64,000 nucleotides of DNA from Candidatus Abzuiibacterium crystallinum (GTDB lineage Bacteria; Omnitrophota; Omnitrophia; Omnitrophales; Abzuiibacteriaceae): positions 6,828 through 70,827 of the forward strand of contig PCVY01000023.1 of the NCBI GenBank assembly GCA_002787155.1, written 5' to 3'. The position numbers and the translations under genes were made by a program. Positions 26,265 through 34,700 of the stretch are shown one piece after another. How positions within the stretch are numbered: position 1 is the stretch's first letter; each line of letters begins with the position of its first letter. The notes beneath the pieces are model-generated. The model did no database searches and was not told where the DNA came from. It worked only from the letters and a program-made list of their open reading frames with translations.

Positions 26265-27749
26265 ATGATCTTATTACGAAAGATTATTTTTTACCTTTTT
26301 GTCGTCATTTACATTGTCGTTTGCCCCATGGTCATCATGTACGCGATTGGCTACATCTATCGCCCGGGCGCTCGGCAGGAACTTGTTCAGACCGGATTGA
26401 TTTACCTTTCTACGGTACCGCCGGGTGCTGCGGTGTATTTAGAGGGAAAACGTTTTGCTCAGAAAACACCCGCCATGATTCGTGATTTGTTCCCGGGGCA
26501 ATACCAAGTCACGATGTCATTGAAAGGGTATGAAGACTGGTCACAGTCCGTTCCGATTACGGCAGAGCAAGCTTCTGTGTTGGATCACGTGCTTTTCCAT
26601 CCTAAAAGATGGCCGATTCAAACATTATCAAGCGGCTCTTTTCACAATTTTCAAGTGATCCAAAATTTCCATGTGATTCCCAAATCAGACCTCTTTGTGC
26701 TTGAAACGGCTGATCGTCAGGTGGGCGGCCTTTACCTTTATGACACACAATCAAAGGAATTGAAACCGCTGATCGGAAGTGATTCGCCTTGGCGTTCTCA
26801 AAGTATTGAACATCTTTACGCCGTGAAAGAAAGCTCGCAATTAATTTTGTCTGCCAAAGATAAGGGAGATCTAATTTTTTTGTCTGTCAATTTAGATGAC
26901 AAACCGCCGGCCATTCGTGAAATAACGTCTTTGTTCCAAGAGGAGAAACCCAAATACTTATGGTGGAGTGCTGATAACAAGGAGAATCTATTTGTTTACC
27001 GGAATCGGCAGTTACATCGTTTGAACTTAAGGCGTTATGAAGTCAATCCTGAATTTGCCGAAGGCACACGCGGATTTGGCGTGATGAAAGACAGCGCTTA
27101 CATTTTGCGTTCAGACGGCATTTTTATGAAGCGTTCCATTAACGGGCAAGACGAAAAAATTCTCTTAAAAGATCAAGACCTCATGCATTCACTATTCGGA
27201 GACGAAGGATTTTTCAAGATTTATGCCTATCCGTCGGATTTGTTTCTTTTTTGGGGAGACAAAGGACAATTATTGACCAACAAATTACCTTATCAATTGG
27301 TCAGGCAAGGTGTGAAGGGTTTCGCTTATGACGTCAAGAAAGAACTGCTGCTGATTTGGCGGCGCCAAGACTTAGGCATCGTTGATTTTGCCACGCGGCC
27401 TTTTGAGCGTGATGATGTTTTTGAACCCGCTCCGCGGCTCAAGTGGGTCTATCATGGCGGTGATCAGATTAATCAAGCTTTCCTGGTCTATGAGGGATCC
27501 GCGGTGATATTTCGTGACGGCAATCAGGTGCTTTTGCTTGATTTAGAAACGTTTGAAGAACCTCATTTGAGCCCGGTGGTTGAAGTGTTCCCAAGGTCCG
27601 ATATCTATTATTCAGATGATTCCGGATTTTTGTACTATTTAGATCAGGCCAAGGGTCACTTCATGTCGCTTCAAGTGGTTCCCAAGGAGTCAGTGATCCA
27701 GTTTCCGGAATGGAAAGAAACTTTTAAAAGAAGAAAGAAGCTATCATGA
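26265..27749 (+). CDS. Membrane-anchored PEGA-domain protein with a large C-terminal beta-rich domain
   Basis: 494 aa. It has an N-terminal TM helix, a PEGA-like segment (YLSTVPPGAAVYLEGKRFAQKTPAMIRDLFPGQYQVTMSLKGYEDW), and a repetitive beta-strand-like remainder. Confidence 0.55.
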   Translation: MILLRKIIFYLFVVIYIVVCPMVIMYAIGYIYRPGARQELVQTGLIYLSTVPPGAAVYLEGKRFAQKTPAMIRDLFPGQYQVTMSLKGYEDWSQSVPITAEQASVLDHVLFHPKRWPIQTLSSGSFHNFQVIQNFHVIPKSDLFVLETADRQVGGLYLYDTQSKELKPLIGSDSPWRSQSIEHLYAVKESSQLILSAKDKGDLIFLSVNLDDKPPAIREITSLFQEEKPKYLWWSADNKENLFVYRNRQLHRLNLRRYEVNPEFAEGTRGFGVMKDSAYILRSDGIFMKRSINGQDEKILLKDQDLMHSLFGDEGFFKIYAYPSDLFLFWGDKGQLLTNKLPYQLVRQGVKGFAYDVKKELLLIWRRQDLGIVDFATRPFERDDVFEPAPRLKWVYHGGDQINQAFLVYEGSAVIFRDGNQVLLLDLETFEEPHLSPVVEVFPRSDIYYSDDSGFLYYLDQAKGHFMSLQVVPKESVIQFPEWKETFKRRKKLS

Positions 27750-29380
27750 AGTTTAATTATACCGCTCAAAACTTGAGTGTTGAGGAGTATAAGTGGCAGC
27801 GTTTTTTTGAGATTTTACCGGGGCTTACCAGCTGGCTGATCATCGTTGGCCTGGTTGTGTTGACAATTTTTCAGCCCATTTTGGGCGCTTGCGGTGTTAT
27901 TGCGCTCATGTTGTATTGGATCTTAAGACTTTCTTACCTGACCATTTTTCTGCTTATTTCTTTTTTCAGGTTTTCAATGGAAAAAGAAATTGATTGGTTG
28001 GCACTCGCACACCTCGCGAGCGGAACCGGTGATATGTCCCGGTCGAATCGGACGCGCAAGGGATTGCGTGCTTTTAAATATCGCTTAGCCTATTTGCTTC
28101 ACAAAAAAGAGATTGAGCAATTAAGAAAAAATACTCAACCAGTCCCGTCGATGGATAAACTGATTCATTTGGTCATGATACCCATTGTCAATGAGCCTAG
28201 TCAAATTTTGGAGCAAAGCATCCAAAGTCTTGCGGGAGGGTCATTTTCAGCCAAGCAATTACTCGTTGTTCTCGCTGTGGAGGAAAGATCATCTCAGACG
28301 ATACAAGAGAATGCCATTCGGCTGCAGAAAAGATTTCAAAAATATTTTTATGATTTTAAAATCATTGTCCATCCCGATGGCATACCCGGGGAAGCCAAGG
28401 TCAAGGGGGCAAATGTGACTTTTGCAGCCAAGAAAATGGCTGCTTACTTTAACGAAAAAGGTATTCAGTATGAAAATGTTATTTTGTCTTGCTTTGATGC
28501 CGACACGGTCGTGGATCCCCAGTACTTTGCCTGCCTGACTTATCAATTTTTAGTTTGTCCCGATCGATTGCAGTCTAGTTTTCAGCCGGTTCCGGTTTAT
28601 ACCAATAATATATGGCAAGCGCACGGGTTTACGCGCGTACTTGAAATGGGCGCCTCATTTTTCCAGCTCATTGAAGCCACCAATCCGGAAAAATTGGTCA
28701 CCTTTTCAAGTCACAGCATGAGTTTTAAGGTTCTCGCGGATATCAATTATTGGCCCGTTGATATGATTTCAGACGATTCCTCTATTTTTTGGAAAGCATT
28801 CATTTATTATGATGGTCATTACCAAGCTGTCCCGCTTTATGTGACGGTTTCAATGGATGTGGTCGATGCCGGTAGTTGGTGGAGAACAGCCGTGAATGTT
28901 TATAAACAAAAAAGAAGGTGGGCTTGGGGAATCGAAAATTTTCCTATTATCCTGCGGGCCTTTATGAAGGCTGAACAAATTTCATTTTATGATAAATTTC
29001 GCTATGCCTTTAAAATGTTCGAAAGTCATGTCTCATGGGCGACGTGGGCTTTCATTCTGTCGTTTGTCGGATGGGTTCCGGCGTTACTGGCCAGCCGCAC
29101 TTTCTCGGAAACCGTGCTTTATTACACAGCACCTCGGATTACACATTTAATTCTCAATCTTTCATTGGGCGCTTTGATCGTTAGTATTATCTTAAGTTTA
29201 TTGATGCTGCCCAAACGTAAAGTCAAACACTCTTTCCTTAAAAAAACGGGTTTTACTTTGCAATGGTTTTTGCTGCCATGGACTTTTATTTTCTTGGGAG
29301 CACTTCCGGCTTTGGATGCCCAAACGCGCTTAATGTTTGGAAAATACATGACCTTTTGGGTCACAGAAAAGAAAAGGTGA
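27746..29380 (+). CDS. Integral-membrane family 2 glycosyltransferase (processive synthase-like)
   Basis: 544 aa. TM helices flank a GT-A core: VMIPIVNEPSQILEQSI, CFDADTVVDPQYF (the D,D motifs) and QKRRWAWG (the Q-x-x-RW motif of processive beta-glycan synthases). Confidence 0.75.
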   Translation: MKFNYTAQNLSVEEYKWQRFFEILPGLTSWLIIVGLVVLTIFQPILGACGVIALMLYWILRLSYLTIFLLISFFRFSMEKEIDWLALAHLASGTGDMSRSNRTRKGLRAFKYRLAYLLHKKEIEQLRKNTQPVPSMDKLIHLVMIPIVNEPSQILEQSIQSLAGGSFSAKQLLVVLAVEERSSQTIQENAIRLQKRFQKYFYDFKIIVHPDGIPGEAKVKGANVTFAAKKMAAYFNEKGIQYENVILSCFDADTVVDPQYFACLTYQFLVCPDRLQSSFQPVPVYTNNIWQAHGFTRVLEMGASFFQLIEATNPEKLVTFSSHSMSFKVLADINYWPVDMISDDSSIFWKAFIYYDGHYQAVPLYVTVSMDVVDAGSWWRTAVNVYKQKRRWAWGIENFPIILRAFMKAEQISFYDKFRYAFKMFESHVSWATWAFILSFVGWVPALLASRTFSETVLYYTAPRITHLILNLSLGALIVSIILSLLMLPKRKVKHSFLKKTGFTLQWFLLPWTFIFLGALPALDAQTRLMFGKYMTFWVTEKKR

Positions 29381-29416
29381 TTTGATGAGACGGTCTGAGC
29401 GGTATGAGAGGGGCGC

Positions 29417-30064
29417 ATGAAATTTAAATTACCGATTGACCAAAGAGCTTGGCCGGGTTCGGCAATCCTCTTGGCGCTCTCTTTTTTGCTTTATTTTATA
29501 TGTCATCTGCCTGGCTGGGCGTTGGTTGTTTTTATTTTATGGATGGGGCATTTGGTTTTTTTCAGGGATTTGCCTTGCCGTCCTCAGGAAACGAATGTCA
29601 TTTATTCACCCGCCTGCGGCACGGTGGTTGACATTGAAACGGTGGCGGAAGATCAATTTTTAAAAACCGCCTGTATCAAAATAGGCATTTTTTTATCCAT
29701 TTTTGACGGACATGTAACTTTGGCGCCCTTAACGGGAGAAATCGATCACATTCAATATGTCCCGGGCAAGTTTTTGAATGCCCTTAAACAGGATTCGGCA
29801 CTCAAAAATGAGGCCAATTGGATCGTGTTGAAAAAGGAGGGAAAAAAAGTTGTCGTCAAGCAAATCACTGGTGCCATTGCCCGCCGCATTTATTGTGATG
29901 TGAAAGTTGGAGAAAAGGTTGCAGTTGGCCGGAAAATGGGTATTATCTGTTATGGTTCTCGTGTCGAAGTCTATATACCAGAGGGCATGAGCCGGTTACA
30001 GGTTCGCAAAGGGGATTATGTGCGTGCCGGTCAATCAATCTTAGGAGCATGGATAAATGAATGA
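29417..30064 (+). CDS. psd: Phosphatidylserine decarboxylase (short, Asd/Psd-type proenzyme)
   Basis: 215 aa. It has an N-terminal TM segment, then IFLSIFDGHVTLAPLTGEI and the self-cleavage-type YGSRVEVYIP. It is followed directly by pssA. Confidence 0.75.
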   Translation: MKFKLPIDQRAWPGSAILLALSFLLYFICHLPGWALVVFILWMGHLVFFRDLPCRPQETNVIYSPACGTVVDIETVAEDQFLKTACIKIGIFLSIFDGHVTLAPLTGEIDHIQYVPGKFLNALKQDSALKNEANWIVLKKEGKKVVVKQITGAIARRIYCDVKVGEKVAVGRKMGIICYGSRVEVYIPEGMSRLQVRKGDYVRAGQSILGAWINE

Positions 30065-30812
30065 TCAAATCGGGAGTGATCATCCAGGGCTGGCATCTTG
30101 GATTCCCAATATCCTGACGTTTCTCAACTTGTGTACGGGTTTTTTAGCTTTACTCAAGATACATCAGGGTTATTTTTTTCAGGCGGTTTGGTTAATCGTA
30201 TTGTGTCTTGTTTGGGATTCACTCGACGGAAACATTGCCCGGATATTTAAAGTGACTTCACAATTGGGCCGCGAGCTTGATTCTTTGGCGGATGCCGTTT
30301 CATTTGTAGTGGCGCCTACATTTTTGGTTACGATCTATATGTGGTCACAGTTAGATATCCAAGTTCTTTTCTTTGCCGGTATTTTCTTGGTGGCCGGCGT
30401 TTACCGTCTGGCTCGTTTCAATTTAAAACCACCCGTCGCTTATTACTTTAAAGGTTTGCCGACGCCTGCTGCTGCAATTGCTTTAAGCATGACCGTTCTG
30501 GCCCACATGAAAAGTGCCGATCTTCATCCCGAAATTTCCAATTTTTCTTTGTTGTTACTGATGATCTTGCTCAGTATCTTGATGGTCAGCAAAGTCCCTT
30601 ATCCCAAAATATCTGCTTTACCATTCAAGAATTGGCAGATTCTGTCTTATGCCAGCTTGATCATTTTTGCTCTCACAACCTGGATGGTTAATTTGGAATC
30701 TGGAGCGGTCATGATTATTTATCTTTTTTTAGCTTTTTCACCTTTTTGTCGTCAACCTGAATCACCGGCAGTGATGGATCCCTCCGGGGCGCACGCACCT
30801 ATCCCCAAATAA
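30057..30812 (+). CDS. pssA: CDP-diacylglycerol--serine O-phosphatidyltransferase
   Basis: It has the CDP-alcohol phosphatidyltransferase motif DSLDGNIARIFKVTSQLGRELDSLADAVSF (D-x2-DG-x2-AR...G-x3-D-x3-D). It is polytopic and overlaps psd by 8 nt. Confidence 0.85.
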   Translation: MNDQIGSDHPGLASWIPNILTFLNLCTGFLALLKIHQGYFFQAVWLIVLCLVWDSLDGNIARIFKVTSQLGRELDSLADAVSFVVAPTFLVTIYMWSQLDIQVLFFAGIFLVAGVYRLARFNLKPPVAYYFKGLPTPAAAIALSMTVLAHMKSADLHPEISNFSLLLLMILLSILMVSKVPYPKISALPFKNWQILSYASLIIFALTTWMVNLESGAVMIIYLFLAFSPFCRQPESPAVMDPSGAHAPIPK

Positions 30813-30822
30813 AGCAGATTTC

Positions 30823-31425
30823 ATGCTCATTAGTTTTCTCCTTGGTTTCGTCGTTGCTTTGCTTAGTTGGCAGGTTAATTTAATTGCGACACATCAAGGA
30901 TTGCGCTACCGCCGGAGCGCAGCTTTCGCCGCAGGGATTGGTGCTACCTTTGGGGATTTGATTTACTTAGCGATTGCGCTCACCGGCAGCATTCGATTAG
31001 AACAGTTTCCGCAAGCCTGGTGGCTCATTAAATGGATCAGTGCGCTCGTTATTATTTTTATGGCTGCGCGCATGTTTTTTTACCCCATCGAATTAGCAGA
31101 TTCTCAAATGACGGCTGAAAAAGCGCATGTGCATAGTTTCGCGTTTGGTTTCATTCTGGTCGTCGGAAATCCGTTAATTCTTCTCATTTGGTTCGTGATT
31201 GTTAATTCTTTTTTGGAAGAAGTATTAAACCTTCATCGTCCCATGATGCAGGTCTTCATTTTGGCAGGTTTTTTCTTGGGCAGCTTATCCTGGTTTGCTC
31301 TATTAGCAGGTTTTCTGCTCGAGAAGATAAATCGTTTGGAAACGAAGTATCTGCAACAATTCTCGCGCGCAGGCGGTATCCTCCTCTTATTTGCCGGCAT
31401 CATGACACTACTGAAACATATCTAA
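30823..31425 (+). CDS. LysE/RhtB-type small-molecule exporter (tentative)
   Basis: 200 aa with ~6 TM helices. GIGATFGDLIYLAIALTG resembles the LysE family N-terminal pattern. There is no peptidase A24 motif, so it is not the missing prepilin peptidase. Confidence 0.4.
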   Translation: MLISFLLGFVVALLSWQVNLIATHQGLRYRRSAAFAAGIGATFGDLIYLAIALTGSIRLEQFPQAWWLIKWISALVIIFMAARMFFYPIELADSQMTAEKAHVHSFAFGFILVVGNPLILLIWFVIVNSFLEEVLNLHRPMMQVFILAGFFLGSLSWFALLAGFLLEKINRLETKYLQQFSRAGGILLLFAGIMTLLKHI

Positions 31426-31444
31426 ACAGTTCTTCACTATTCCG

Positions 31445-31526
31445 TATATATATGAGTCATCGGGGAATCAATCCCCGCTGGCTCAGGGTGAGAGGTCTGG
31501 AAACTCCCAGACCCCTCATATATATA
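31445..31526. repeat. 82-nt nested palindrome (outer 12-bp AT stem plus two GC hairpins) downstream of the LysE-like gene and upstream of the giant gene
   Basis: Outer stem: TATATATATGAG (31445-31456) / CTCATATATATA (31515-31526). Hairpin 1: CGGGGA-atcaa-TCCCCG (31461-31477). Hairpin 2: GGTCTGG-aaactc-CCAGACC (31494-31513). Confidence 0.6.
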
Positions 31527-31701
31527 AAATATGACCTAATATATGACTATTATAAAATAGAATTATATTATATTAATGTAAGTTGTTTATATATAATGAC
31601 TTACATATCATATTTTTTTCATTTCTATCCTTGTAATTTACCGGATATGCGGTAGACTTTCTAAAGTGCTTTAGTAAGTCAGTTCGCATGGTAAATAATG
31701 C

Positions 31702-34700
31702 ATGTTCATCCCTAAAAATATCCAGAGAGCCATAGCCTTTTTTCTTGCCATTTCATTCTCTTTATCGAATGGCCCAACGCTTTTACTTGCCGAAACTTAT
31801 CCGGGAAGCAGCCTGCCATACCATGCGAGCTCTGTGAATCCAAATGCTATTTTGGATTCCCTTAAGCTTCCCGGTGAGTTAGGCATTGTTCAAGAGGTTT
31901 ATAGCGCGGTACCAGGTACAACGGTGCCAGGTTCACAGAACCCGGCACCGGCTGTACCTGGTACCGGAATTGGTTTCAAAGTTAATCAACTGGTCATCCT
32001 CGTGCAAAATGCCCACGCCAATTATGATTCAGAGTCAAACGTCCGCAAAATCATCCAGTTCTTCCAAGAGCACTATCAATTAGGACTTGTTTTACTGGAA
32101 GGCGGGGAAGGCAAGTTAGACCCGCTTTTTTTTAAATCTTTTCCCGATGGCAAAATAAAAGAAAAACTGCTGGATCAATATTTAAAACATGGGGATTTAC
32201 AAGGCGGTGAAGCAGCAGCCATTTTGAATCATTCAAACAACCCAACGAGTTATTGGGGCATTGAAGATGAAACTTTGTACCAGCAAAACAAAGCGGCCTT
32301 CTTAAAAGCCATTGTTCAAACGGATCAAATCTTAAAACAGCTTACTCAAAAAGAAGCCGCACTCGAGGAAAACATTGCTTCATTGCCTGAATCATCACAA
32401 ACCTTTTACAAGGCTTGGCAGGCTTTTCATGCGGATGAGATGAATTTGCTGGAATACGTGAAAACGTTAGCTGAGCATACATCGGGTACCGGTTCTGTTG
32501 ACAGTGTCATTCCCGCTCGTCTTTGGCGGGAATCTACTGTGATCGGTGCTCTTGTGCGCTCATTTCCCGAACTTGCCAAATTGTTGGAAGTAGAGAAAGG
32601 CGAGCAAGCCCTCCAAAAAAGCGAAATTGACATGACCGTCAACCAACTGTTGAAAGAATTTCAATCAACTGCGCTGCCGGCGCTGTCAGTCGAATCACAG
32701 AAAGAATGGGGCCAGCGGATCCAGGATTATCAAACCGGCCGGCTCGGCGTGGGTTTTTTGATCAAACAGCTTGAAAGTTTTCTTACCATTCCCGATGTTC
32801 TAAAACCTGCTATTCAGCACGCCCAAACCATTTCTTCCGTCCGGGGAACAGAAATATTCCATGAACTTGAGCATTTAGAGAATGCTGTTCGCGATCAATT
32901 GCCGGGGCGTGAGCGCCTTCATCAAGTTAACGAACTGCATCTCTTGAAACGGTTTGCGCGTTTAGAAATTACACATGAAGAGTGGAAGGTCATTGCGAGC
33001 GCAGCGAAGCAATCTCAAGACCAAGGATTGCTTCGGTCATTTCATTCCCTCGCAATGACAGAAATGCTTAAGAACCATTTCACTTTCTACCAACTCGCAC
33101 TCAAGCGTGACGGCATTTTATCCGGCCGCATTCTCGAAATCATGCGCCGTGAATCTCAAAAAGTTTCGCTCGTGGTGACCGGCGGTTTTCATGAAAGCGG
33201 TATCAAAGAGCGCCTCCGGGCAAACGGCACCGCTTATGTTTTGATTTCTCCTGCGATTCAGGAAGTCGGATCAAACGAGGCTTACCTCAATGCCATGCAC
33301 GACAAGCGTTCTTTTATGAAATATTTTCAAGGCAGTTATTGGGATGCTTTGGCAAAGGATTACATGCAGCAATCGTCAGCGGCTGCGGGTCCGCAGGAAG
33401 AAAAGTTTATTTTTAAGCAGTGGCGCGATCAACTCATCCAAAACACGCTGCAGGAGGGCAGAATCACGCAGGCAACGCGTTACACGCGCTATTTGGATTC
33501 ATTTTTACAAACCGAGGGAAAACCAGCGGATGACAAAGTTGGCAGAAAAACTCAATTAGAAGGTGCTTTCGAAAGTTTCCTTTCAACTTATTTTAAACAG
33601 CATCAAGCTGATTTGAATGCCAAGCTTGATCATTTTGCGGCAGGTTTCAAAAATATGCTCACACAGGGCACCTTCACGCAAGGGGCGGTCGAAGCCTTGT
33701 TGCGTCAAACACAAGTCCTGCAAACGGCTCAACTCGCACCGGATCTCGCTTTGATTCCGGCCTGGAACCAATTTCATTTAAGTGAAGCAACGATTGAAAC
33801 ACTGCCTGATATCAACCAACCTCTTTGGCTCGAGCACAAGCAAAAATCCGAACTCAGGAGTGAAGAGGTAGACTCTGATTATTGGTATGCTTATGGTGAG
33901 GAATTCCTTATTTTGATGGAAGAGGTGGGGTACCGGATAGATGAAACTGACCTTGAAGGTGATATAACTCTGGAGGTAGAGACAGTATCAGACGATCGCT
34001 TTCCTAAAGATTTTAGCAAATTAGCTAAAAGTGTTCCCGAATCGGACCTCACACGTTTACGCGACACATATATCCATATTCTAAAGAATGCCATTGGGAA
34101 AAGTCGAACACTTGAGGAGATAGTTGAAGGCTTGAGCACTTTAATATTAAGGCAGGCAGGAATTCGATTAAATGACAGAAAATTAATTGAAGCCATTACT
34201 GATATTTTACTAACCTATAAAGAAAAAGGGGTGACGGGACCCACCCTGCAGCTGCGCCACGTTTATCTATTTCCAAGATATGGTGATGTGAATGAAATCA
34301 TTCAATTACTGGCCAACCATCGAGGGAAACGCGGAACCTTGAGCCAAACCCAACGGCAACTGATTGCACAGCAACTCGAAAACATGAAAGAGCAATGGCA
34401 AGCAAATTACGAAAGAGCTCAAGCCGAAAAAACCGAAGAACCTAAGGTTGATGGTCAACCCAAAACCGGTGAATCGCTTTGGCTGGAGGGTCAACCAAAA
34501 CCCGAACTCAGAAACGCAAAAGATTATACTCAGATGAGTGTCAAAGAATTGCTTGTAGAACTTCAATCAACTCGAAGTCAAAGTAGTCAAGTCAATTTTA
34601 AAATACTTAGGATTACCAGCGAGCTGGAGCAGCGCTCAGAGAAGATGTTAGACAGCGAGATAGTGGCGACTATCAATGCTTTACTTTCTGCATTGATGTT

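Noticed and set aside
31445-31526. The cloverleaf-like nested palindrome as a possible tRNA or tmRNA-like gene.
   Set aside because: The stem lengths and positions do not fit a tRNA: a 12-bp AT outer stem, only two internal hairpins, and no D/anticodon/T-arm spacing or conserved GTTC / T-loop bases.
31452-31655. The 67-aa ORF in the AT-rich region upstream of the giant gene.
   Set aside because: It starts inside the palindromic element and runs through extremely AT-rich, low-complexity sequence (YYKIELYYINVSCLYIMTYISYFF). It is most likely non-coding regulatory DNA.
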